Below are positions 47,069 to 55,105 of a stretch of DNA of 64,000 bases, piece after piece. This DNA is from Myxococcales bacterium (GTDB taxonomy: Bacteria; Myxococcota; Myxococcia; Myxococcales; UBA5297). The stretch is from contig JAVBMV010000005.1 of the NCBI GenBank assembly GCA_031552145.1, positions 352,947 through 416,946 of the forward strand. The letters run 5' to 3'. The notes below the pieces were generated by a model. It did no database searches. It saw only the letters and a list, made by a program, of their open reading frames with translations, and had not been told where the DNA came from. A program made the translations under genes and the position numbers. How positions within the stretch are numbered: position 1 is the first letter of the stretch; every line of letters starts with the position of its first letter.

Positions 47069-50000
47069 TCAAAGCGCGTCGTGAGCCAGAAGGCCCCAGC
47101 ATATAACGGACCGATCTTCGCGAATAGCGCAAGCGCCTCTTCCGCTCGCATAAAGGGAGCGTACACCGACCAAGGCCGTGGGTGGCAGTAAATAGTGGGG
47201 CGAATAGTAGGGCGAATAGTCGCTGACGCACGAGACGTGCCCGTCCGAGGTCAACGCGCATAGACCTCCCGGCGTCGCAACAAAGTCGATATAGGTCTTT
47301 CCAGTCTGGAGCGGCCAGTTTATGCCGGCCTCGGCGGACCAGCAAACAATGGCGCCATTTTCCAGAAGCGCACAGGGGCCTCGAGCGATCCGTTTCGCGG
47401 GGCCAATTCCGCTGGGTGGGGCGCGCAAAGGGTCAGGCCCACAGGCGACACTTCCGTTCGTGTGAAGCGTGCATGCCCAGAGGCATTGAGCGCTATCTCC
47501 GCTGGCGGCAATATCCGACACGTCAGTCGCCAACGATACGTAGTCCACAAGCGTCTGGTTCGTTCCCCAGCAAGCGACCGCATTATCTGCGTTCAGGGCA
47601 CATCGCGCCGCGGTCGTACCTGCAGTGCGCTCGGCATCCGTGATTCCCTCGACCTGCTGAAACGCGATTTCGTGCGTGCCAATGTCGTTCGATGTCCAGC
47701 ATTGCACGGTCCCATCCGACAGAGTTGCGCATGCATTGTCGCCATAGATGTGCAGGTGCTTGGTCGGCGGAAGCGCGGCGAAATATGAATCGAGCCGACC
47801 GCCAGGAAAGCCGCCGCGAATTCGCTGATAGATATCCAGATAATAAGTCGTCGAGGCCGGGCCTCCCGCGAGGTTGACGACAGAGGTAGCTATTGGGCGA
47901 GCGTCGAGTTCGCGCGGTACCGCGAACCTGCGAGACCAGACCTCCTCGCCGTTTGCCCAGCATTGAAGGGCGCCTTCCAGGTCGACGGCGCATGCGCCCT
48001 CTCCCCTGAGCGCGACCATTGAGGCGTGGTCGACAGGTGGAGCCTGCTCATCCTTTCCCCAGCAAATCAAGCTGTCATCCATTCCAATGGCGCATGCGCG
48101 CGTGGGTGTTTCGGCCGAGGCTGTTGAATATGCGTTGACGATTGCGGATTTGACATAGAGAGGCTGTGGAAAGGCGGAGGGTAGGTCTAGGCCTCCCCAA
48201 CAATTCAGCTTCCCGTCTTGTGCGATGGCGCAAGCGTCCGCGAGGTTGTCATTGACGGGGTGGATGCTGCCGACCTTGCCAAGATTGGCAGGTAAACCGG
48301 AGGGAGTGCCATTGGGTCCCCAACACTCCACCTCTCCATCGTCATGGATGGCGCAAATGGCGGGAGTTGGCGAGATGAGTCCTACGATGCTTGAAATTGG
48401 CGCCGTGTTAGAGAAGGGCACTCGCCCTTGAATCGAAGCCCCCCAGCATTCAACGGTGTTGTCAAAAAACAGCGCACAGTCGTAAGAGTTCTTGGATATT
48501 ATTTCCTTGACGCCGTACAGTCTGTCGTCTGGTTTGTCTAGCGGGAAGGCTACGCCATCGGAAGTAATGCCCCACGCTTTGAAAGGCGCAGTGGTGCCGC
48601 AGACGATGCGGCTGACTTCGGGATGTGAGATGATGTCGGAAGCTTCAAATCCAAAACGAGTCGATTGGCGACTTTCAGACAACACGCACATATTGAAGGC
48701 AGTGCCATGCAGCATCTCCGTGCCGCCGAGGCGACGTATGTCGCGGGCCTCCAAACTCCACTGCTCGCGAGACCAGCAAATGCCGCTTTTGTCCGCCAGG
48801 ACGACACAGATCTCGCCTGAACCCATCGCGAGCTCTTTCACGTCGGCGACGCACGAAAGCGAGCGCTCGCGGAAGCGATATCCCGTGGCGCATCCAGAGG
48901 TAACGCATGTGCCAGCTCCGTTATCGTGTGTCCCGGTGAGACAACGATCGCTCGGCACGCATAGTCCAATAGCGGGATCAAATTTTTCATGCGCCGGGCA
49001 AATGCCGACGGGCAGGCAACTCCCGGTGGATGATAGCTGCTTGTCGAGACCGCAGTAGCATCCGCCGGCTGCGTTCATCTCGAACGACGGCGAGCATTCT
49101 GCCACGGGTACGCATCGTCCTTCGCCTCCGTCGTGGTAGTTTTCGGCGCAAGGGCTTCTACGCACACAGGATTCGGGCTCTGTGTCTGCGATGCAATGGC
49201 CCGTGCCGTCATCATGGTATCCCGCTGAGCACTCTCCTTCGGGGACGCACGCTCCGCTGCCGCCGTTATGGAAGCCCGGCAGACATGTTCCTTCTTGAAC
49301 GCATGGGAACTCATCCTCGGGATTCGTCGAGGTGCCGCCCAGGTGAAAACCGGAATGGCATGAGTTCGAGGGTACGCAGATATCCGCTCCGCGCCCATCA
49401 TCATGGAATCGGGGAGAGCACTCTCCATCGGGACGGCAGATGCCGTCGCCACCGTCATGAAAGCCCGCCGCGCACTCCCAACTGAGGACGCAAACTCCAA
49501 TATTTCGACCGTCGTCATGGAAGTGTAGTGAGCAGTGTCCTATCAATACGCAGGCGCCATCACCACCGTCGTGAAAACCCTCTATGCAGAGGTCGACGGG
49601 GATGCATGTGCCATCACCACCGTCGTGAAATCCGTTCGCGCATTCGGTCGGTGGAACACAGGCGCCTCGTCCGTCGAGGTGGTATGGAGATTCACACACG
49701 TCGGCAGGCACACATGCGCCGAAACCACCGTCGTGAAAGCCGGGCGAGCATTCGCCGATAGGAGTACAACTGCTGTCCCCGCCTGAGTGATATCCGTCGC
49801 TGCACTGATCAATCGAGACGCAGGTCCCGTCCCCCCCGTCGTGAAACGCCGGCAGACACTCACCCAAGGGGATGCAGACGCCGTTGCCTCCATCGTGGAA
49901 GGCGGGCGAGCATTCTCCCAATGCAACGCATCGGCCGTCGCCGCCGTCGTGGTAATCGAGAGAGCATTGTCCGGCGGGAAGGCATGTTCGATCGCCGCCG

Positions 50001-50524
50001 TCGTGGTATCCGGGCGAACACTCCCCCTCGCGCGTGCACGCGCCATCGCCCCCATCGTGAAAGCCAGGTGAGCATTCGCCCTCGGGTAGGCACTTCCCGG
50101 TGCCGCCGTCGTGAAACCCGGCGGAGCACTCTTCGAGCAAGACACAGACGCCATCACCGCCATCGTGAAAGCCATTGAGGCAAGTGCCTTCCCGCACGCA
50201 CGTCCCATCGCCTCCGTCGTGGAAGCCTTCGCGGCAAGCTCCCTCTCGCACACACGTTCCGTCCCCGCCGTCGTGGTAATAGGGCGAACAAGCGTCGATC
50301 GGAACGCAGGCGCCGTCGCCGCCATCGTGCCAATTCTTCAGGCACTGTCCTGCTGGAATGCAGCGACCATCGCCGCCGTCGTGAAATCCACGTGAGCATT
50401 CTCCGGCCTTCACACAGACGCCATCCCCGCCGTCGTGCTCGTCGGATTTGCATTCGTCAGGCGAACCGCATGCGGCGGCAGCAAGGCAAAGTATTAGCAA
50501 TGTATCAACGGGGGGCGATCGCAT
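47069..50524 (-). CDS. Lipoprotein (1151 aa): ~24-28 copies of an 18-residue two-Cys repeat + degenerate RCC1-like propeller
   Basis: The ATG at 50524 gives MRSPPVDTLLILCLAAAA|CGS (lipobox). The track ORF extends to 50665. The N-terminal half is CxxGFHDGGDGxCVPxGE repeats. The C-terminal half has ~12 xCAxxxDGxxxCWG-type units. About 55-60% GC versus ~69% in the flanks. Confidence 0.85.
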   Translation of the reverse strand: MRSPPVDTLLILCLAAAACGSPDECKSDEHDGGDGVCVKAGECSRGFHDGGDGRCIPAGQCLKNWHDGGDGACVPIDACSPYYHDGGDGTCVREGACREGFHDGGDGTCVREGTCLNGFHDGGDGVCVLLEECSAGFHDGGTGKCLPEGECSPGFHDGGDGACTREGECSPGYHDGGDRTCLPAGQCSLDYHDGGDGRCVALGECSPAFHDGGNGVCIPLGECLPAFHDGGDGTCVSIDQCSDGYHSGGDSSCTPIGECSPGFHDGGFGACVPADVCESPYHLDGRGACVPPTECANGFHDGGDGTCIPVDLCIEGFHDGGDGACVLIGHCSLHFHDDGRNIGVCVLSWECAAGFHDGGDGICRPDGECSPRFHDDGRGADICVPSNSCHSGFHLGGTSTNPEDEFPCVQEGTCLPGFHNGGSGACVPEGECSAGYHDDGTGHCIADTEPESCVRRSPCAENYHDGGEGRCVPVAECSPSFEMNAAGGCYCGLDKQLSSTGSCLPVGICPAHEKFDPAIGLCVPSDRCLTGTHDNGAGTCVTSGCATGYRFRERSLSCVADVKELAMGSGEICVVLADKSGICWSREQWSLEARDIRRLGGTEMLHGTAFNMCVLSESRQSTRFGFEASDIISHPEVSRIVCGTTAPFKAWGITSDGVAFPLDKPDDRLYGVKEIISKNSYDCALFFDNTVECWGASIQGRVPFSNTAPISSIVGLISPTPAICAIHDDGEVECWGPNGTPSGLPANLGKVGSIHPVNDNLADACAIAQDGKLNCWGGLDLPSAFPQPLYVKSAIVNAYSTASAETPTRACAIGMDDSLICWGKDEQAPPVDHASMVALRGEGACAVDLEGALQCWANGEEVWSRRFAVPRELDARPIATSVVNLAGGPASTTYYLDIYQRIRGGFPGGRLDSYFAALPPTKHLHIYGDNACATLSDGTVQCWTSNDIGTHEIAFQQVEGITDAERTAGTTAARCALNADNAVACWGTNQTLVDYVSLATDVSDIAASGDSAQCLWACTLHTNGSVACGPDPLRAPPSGIGPAKRIARGPCALLENGAIVCWSAEAGINWPLQTGKTYIDFVATPGGLCALTSDGHVSCVSDYSPYYSPHYLLPPTALVGVRSLYASGRGACAIREDRSVICWGLLAHDAL
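48850..50452 (-). repeat. 54-nt periodic intragenic repeat array encoding the CxxGFHDGGDGxCVPxGE units
   Basis: The plus-strand core CCRCCGTCGTGRAA (antisense of FHDGG) recurs every 54 nt (e.g. ~49566, 49616, 49722, 50050, 50101, 50155, 50210, 50371). The first 17 protein units are exactly 18 residues long. Confidence 0.9.
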
Positions 50525-50637
50525 CTCGGTATCCTTTCTATTTTGGCGGCGCGCCGGCCATGCGCTGCAAAGGATGGGACGGGTTCGAAAAGGATGCGGC
50601 AGGTGCGCAGTGGACGCCTGCCGCATCCTTCCTTGCC

Positions 50638-51687
50638 CTACCAAGGCACGGCAATGTCGCGGCAATAGGTAGTCAGGGTGCTGTTCGGTCCCGCGCTCAC
50701 CATGAGCTGGGAGGACTCGTCTGGATATGAGGCGACACCTGGATCATAGCATCCGAACCCCAAGTTCGGGAATACCGTTCCGTTTGTTGCGGTAGTTATG
50801 TCCATCCCACGCAGGAGCGGGGCATAGCGCTCGTTCTCCATCTCAAATTCGCGAATGTACAGCGTGGACTGAGTGGCGGTGAGCTCGGTGATAATGGCTT
50901 CAGTGTTCGCTAGAATGGCCGCGTACTTGATGTTGCAGGTAACGGGTATGCCGTCTCCATACTCGTCTGTGTCTGCGTTTAGAGCGCATAGTGTCTTTGC
51001 GCGAAATGTTGTGGAGGTGGCAGTATAATCAAGCTTGACCGCAAGCCGATCGATGTGACCTGCCAAGTATCCTTCGTCGACTCTTACCGAGAACTCTGTG
51101 AGTCCGATCGACCATAGGTGATCGTAAGTCGCATTTACGGGAGAGCCGGATATTATATGAGGTGCGGTGAATGTCCTGTTGGGGCGCAAAGTTTCTGTCA
51201 AGCCATCCACGGCCGTATCTGTGAGAATTGTTCCTTCGCCGGCCGAAAGACCTAGAATGTCTTGTTCGGGAAATACTGCGAGAAATCGGATGCTTGCACC
51301 GTAAGACAGGTCCGTGAGCTGGGAGTGCAAGGTGACTTCGAATTCGTATGTCAGTGTGCGATTCAGTGGATTCCAATCGGTGTCGCCCTGTGAGACTGAA
51401 ATGCCATTGATTGACGCTGCCGCTGCGGCGCTCCCTTGGCTTATGGAGGTGAGATAAAATACCTCTGCTGTCTGGAGCAGTAGCGTCGGCTTTTCGGATG
51501 CATCGGCGTAGTAGTATGGCAGAACCGTTGTTCCTGTCAGTTCGCAAATGCCTGTCGTGCATCCATCCAAGTCGCCTGGAGATCTTTCGATGCTAAGTGA
51601 TATCCATCGTGGCTGTGCCAATGCTTGGGTTGAAGCGAACACAATAAACAATATCGCGGTGAAACCGATGGTTGACTTGAGTGTCAT
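50638..51687 (-). CDS. Hypothetical secreted protein (349 aa), ~50% GC
   Basis: Sec signal MTLKSTIGFTAILFIVFASTQALA|QP. AAGGA RBS 9 nt upstream. Thr/Ser/Leu-rich with no recognisable domain. Co-directional, 113 nt upstream of the Cys-repeat lipoprotein gene. Confidence 0.7.
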   Translation of the reverse strand: MTLKSTIGFTAILFIVFASTQALAQPRWISLSIERSPGDLDGCTTGICELTGTTVLPYYYADASEKPTLLLQTAEVFYLTSISQGSAAAAASINGISVSQGDTDWNPLNRTLTYEFEVTLHSQLTDLSYGASIRFLAVFPEQDILGLSAGEGTILTDTAVDGLTETLRPNRTFTAPHIISGSPVNATYDHLWSIGLTEFSVRVDEGYLAGHIDRLAVKLDYTATSTTFRAKTLCALNADTDEYGDGIPVTCNIKYAAILANTEAIITELTATQSTLYIREFEMENERYAPLLRGMDITTATNGTVFPNLGFGCYDPGVASYPDESSQLMVSAGPNSTLTTYCRDIAVPW

Positions 51688-52102
51688 TGGGAAGTCCTTT
51701 CGAAAATGCGTTCAATGAACCGTCGAAATGAATTCCCCCCGGCCTGCTCAGAGTCCCTCCTTTCGCGAAATGAGTTAACAAATGGCGCCAGTGCTCGCAC
51801 ATGGCGGCAATGGAACGATCAGGTTTTGCGTAGCGCGATAGGGATCGGCTCGCAGTGGGGCATATGTTTTCCAGGCGCACATGCATGGGCACCTCGATGC
51901 CGCGGCTTCGGCCGCCGCAAGGATGGATGTTCGAGCTCAAAACGCCCAAACAGAAAACAACACACAAGAGGACTGTACTCCTATCAGTACCAAAAGACAA
52001 GCGATGGCCAGATGGGTGTGCAATTCGACGGCGCGAGGTAGTTGCGCCACGCTGCGAGTAGGAGAGTCCGGAGCACAAGGTTCCATCAGCGGCCGGGCCG
52101 CC

Positions 52103-53548
52103 TCAGCTCTCGCGCAGCCCAAACTCTTTCATCTTCATCTGAAGGCTCTTGCGCGAGATCTTCAGGCGCTTCGCCGCCTGCGTCACGTTGCCGCCCGTCT
52201 CCTCCAGCGCCTTGGAGATAAGCTCCCGCTCCAGCTCGGCGGCGGCCTGGCGCACGATCTCCTTCATGGAGGTGTCGCCGGAGATGGCACCCCCGGCCAG
52301 CACCGGCGCGAGCGGTTGGGTTCGATGTAGCTCCGCCTCGCGCAGCGGCGCGGGGAGCGACTCGGCCAGGATGGTGGGGCCGTCGGCGAAGAGCACCATC
52401 CGCTCCATGAGGTTTTCCAGCTCGCGGATGTTTCCGGGCCACCCATACGATTGCAAGAGCTCCAACGCCTCGGGCTCGATCGAGAGCACCTGCTTCTTCA
52501 GGCGCTTGTTGTATTTGGCGATGAAGTGCTCCACCAGCGCCGGGATGTCGTCGGTCCTCTCCCGCAGAGGTGGCAGCGAGATGGGGACCACCGCGAGCCG
52601 GTAGTAGAGATCTTCGCGGAAGCGCCCCTCGGCGATCTCGCGCTTCAGATCGCGGTTGGTCGCCGCGATGAGACGCACGTTCACCTTCAGGGTCTTGATG
52701 CCCCCCACGCGCTCGAATTCGCTCTCCTGCAACGCGCGCAGGAGCTTCACCTGCATCTCGGGCGGGATGTCGGCGATCTCGTCGAGGAAGAGCGTCCCCT
52801 CGTCGGCCAGCTCGAAGCGCCCCGGCTTCGACGTCACCGCCCCCGTGAAGGCGCCCCGCTCGTAGCCAAAGAGCTCGCTCTCCATCAGATCCTTCGGGAT
52901 GGCCGCGCAGTTGATCCGGATGAAGGGCTTGTTGCGCCGACTGCTGCCGCCATGGAGCGCGATGGCGACCAGCTCCTTGCCAGTGCCGCTCTCCCCCGTG
53001 ACGAGCACGGTCGAGGGGGTGTCCGCCACCTTCTCGATTACTTTAAAGACCTCGGCCATCGCTGGCGAGCGCCCCACCACTTCGGTGCGGGGACGGTCGT
53101 CACCCTGGCCAGCGGCGCCCTGGGCTCCCCCGCTTGGGCCAGAAGGGGTGGCGGTAGGCGAGGGGAGGCTGTTGCGCGACGAGAGCTCCCGCGTCCGCAC
53201 GGCCTTGGCGATCACCTGCCGCAGCTCCTCTTGATCGAAGGGCTTGGTGACATAGTCGAAGGCGCCCAGCTTGATCGCCTCCACCGCCAGGTCCACCGTG
53301 CCGTGGGCCGTGACGACGATGACGGGGATGTCGGGCCACCCCTCCAGCACATTCTTGAGCAGCTCCAGGCCATCCATGCGCGGCATGACCTGATCGGTCA
53401 CGACCACGTCGGCGCCATTCTTCGCCAGCTCCGCCAGCGCCTGCACACCATTCTCGGCGACGGCCACCTCGTAGCCATCGCGCCTGAGCATCGCGGCCAG
53501 CACCTTGCGCAGATTCTGTTCGTCGTCGACGACGAGGGCCTTTGCCAT
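52103..53548 (-). CDS. Sigma-54-dependent response regulator (NtrC family), 481 aa
   Basis: Receiver [14 protein letters not shown]...[16 protein letters not shown]+ domain [53 protein letters not shown]. Confidence 0.92.
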   Translation of the reverse strand: MAKALVVDDEQNLRKVLAAMLRRDGYEVAVAENGVQALAELAKNGADVVVTDQVMPRMDGLELLKNVLEGWPDIPVIVVTAHGTVDLAVEAIKLGAFDYVTKPFDQEELRQVIAKAVRTRELSSRNSLPSPTATPSGPSGGAQGAAGQGDDRPRTEVVGRSPAMAEVFKVIEKVADTPSTVLVTGESGTGKELVAIALHGGSSRRNKPFIRINCAAIPKDLMESELFGYERGAFTGAVTSKPGRFELADEGTLFLDEIADIPPEMQVKLLRALQESEFERVGGIKTLKVNVRLIAATNRDLKREIAEGRFREDLYYRLAVVPISLPPLRERTDDIPALVEHFIAKYNKRLKKQVLSIEPEALELLQSYGWPGNIRELENLMERMVLFADGPTILAESLPAPLREAELHRTQPLAPVLAGGAISGDTSMKEIVRQAAAELERELISKALEETGGNVTQAAKRLKISRKSLQMKMKEFGLRES

Positions 53549-53645
53549 TTCTCGAAACCTCTACCGATGGAACCGCTCTTCCGCCGTGACCCGCGGAAGG
53601 GCGCGACGGTAGCACAACGGCCATACGCGCGCAGACCGCCTGCCC

Positions 53646-55064
53646 CTAGGCCCGCCGCTCCAATGCCGCGCAATAGAAGCCATCCGTCCCATGCTCGTGG
53701 GGCGTCGTCCGGAGCGCCCCGCCGCGCACCAGCCCCTCGCACGAGGCGGGAAGCAACTTCTCCGCCGGAAGCATCCGGTAGTCGCCATGCGCGGCGAGGA
53801 AGCGCGCCACCACCTGCTCGTTCTCGAGGGAGGCGACGCTGCAAGTGGCGTAGACCAGCCTTCCGCCCGGCTTCACCATGGACGCGAAGCGCGAAAGCAG
53901 CGCGCGCTGCTGCTCCGCGAAGCGCTCCAACTCGCGGGCGCTCAGCCTGTAGCGGGTGTCGGGCACGCGCCGGATGGCGCCCAGGCCGCTGCAAGGGGCA
54001 TCGATGAGGAGGCGGTCGAAGAGCCGTTCGCTGCCGTCGCGCCCGCGCAGCGCCCGCGGGGGAGCCGTCTCGTCGAGCGGCTCGATGCGGATGTTGTGGG
54101 CGCCGGCGCGCCGGGCTCGCTTCTGTAGCTCCCCCAGCCGCCGCTCGTCGATGTCGAAGGCGAAGAGCTCCCCCTTGCCGCGCATCTGAGCCGCCAGCGC
54201 CAGCGTCTTGCCCCCCGCGCCCGCGCAGGCGTCGGCGATCCGCTCTCCCGGCCGCGCCCCCACCAGCAGGGCGATGAGCTGGCTCCCCTCGTCCTGCAGC
54301 TCGAAGAGCCCCTCCTGGAAAGCGCGCAGCGAGAAGGCATTGACCCGCGACGAGAGCGTAAGCCCCTGGGGCGCGCAGCGCGTTGGCGTGCTCTCGAGCC
54401 CCTCGCCCGCCAGCGCCTTCGACAGCGCCTCGCGCGTGGTCTTCAGCTCATTGGCCCTCAGCGTCAGCGGCGCGCGCTCGCCGATCGCGCGGGCGAAGTC
54501 CAGGGCTCCCTCGGCGCCCATTTCTTCTACGAGCAGCGCCGCGACGTCGTCTCCCAGCGACCCCTCCAGCGCGACCTGGAGCACCGGCGAGAGCAGCTCG
54601 AACTCCGCTCGTGGCAGCGCCCTGGCGGCGCCCCGCAGCAGCTCACGTTGCGCGGGCGCGAGGGCGTCGCGCTGTGCCACCTCGTCGGGCGGCAGCCCCT
54701 CCAAGACGGCCAAGGCGGAGAGGCGCAGCGAATAGAGCTCCATCCCGCGCGGGCGCTTCAAACTCGAGAACTCCTCGGAGGCAGAGTCGCCGAAGCGCCC
54801 CAGGCCGCTGCCCGCCCCAGGGTGGCTCGCTCCGAACATCAGCATGTCGAGCATGCGCTCGCGCTTGAGCAGCCCCCAGAGGGCCTCGGCGACGGCGCGC
54901 CGCTCCGAGCTGTAGAGCCGCTTCGCCTCGCGCCGCAGCACATGTTCCAGCGCCGCCGCCGCCGCGCGCCCGTCGCCGCGCACGGCGGCGTAGGCCTCCA
55001 GCGCCGCCGCGCGGATCAGATCATGTCGCAGCGGGCGCCCCGCCGCCTTCGCGCGTCCATTCAT
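53646..55064 (-). CDS. rsmB: RsmB/Sun (NOL1/NOP2/Sun family) rRNA cytosine-C5 methyltransferase, ~472 aa
   Basis: A NusB-like N-terminal part plus the methyltransferase core DACAGAGGKT, LIDAPCSGLG, VYATCS. The ATG at 55064 is preferred over the track's TTG at 55106. Confidence 0.8.
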   Translation of the reverse strand: MNGRAKAAGRPLRHDLIRAAALEAYAAVRGDGRAAAAALEHVLRREAKRLYSSERRAVAEALWGLLKRERMLDMLMFGASHPGAGSGLGRFGDSASEEFSSLKRPRGMELYSLRLSALAVLEGLPPDEVAQRDALAPAQRELLRGAARALPRAEFELLSPVLQVALEGSLGDDVAALLVEEMGAEGALDFARAIGERAPLTLRANELKTTREALSKALAGEGLESTPTRCAPQGLTLSSRVNAFSLRAFQEGLFELQDEGSQLIALLVGARPGERIADACAGAGGKTLALAAQMRGKGELFAFDIDERRLGELQKRARRAGAHNIRIEPLDETAPPRALRGRDGSERLFDRLLIDAPCSGLGAIRRVPDTRYRLSARELERFAEQQRALLSRFASMVKPGGRLVYATCSVASLENEQVVARFLAAHGDYRMLPAEKLLPASCEGLVRGGALRTTPHEHGTDGFYCAALERRA

Positions 55065-55105
55065 TCGAAGAGCACCTTTCTCTCGCTTCGTGGCAGAATC
55101 CGCCA

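Noticed and set aside
48850-50452. CRISPR-like regular periodicity (54-nt repeats here; ~330-nt repeats at 13255-14480)
   Set aside because: Both arrays lie inside long ORFs and encode protein repeats (Cys-repeat units and ACP domains). There is no repeat-spacer structure, leader or cas genes.
51859-51874. Possible minus-strand sigma-54 promoter CTGGAAAACATATGCC upstream of the low-GC operon
   Set aside because: The GG to GC spacing is one nucleotide too short, the -12 box is ATGC rather than TTGC, and the -24 box is TGGAAA.
51593-52078. 161-aa minus-strand ORF (and several 60-150-aa ORFs) inside the 415-nt intergenic region
   Set aside because: There is no RBS, the composition is Cys/Arg/His/Ser-rich and implausible, and it overlaps the start of the 349-aa gene. 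It is more likely non-coding leader or promoter DNA.
47069-52102. Calling the low-GC segment a mobile element or genomic island with a defined mechanism
   Set aside because: No integrase, transposase, tRNA attachment site or flanking direct/inverted repeats could be found by eye. Only the compositional anomaly is supported.
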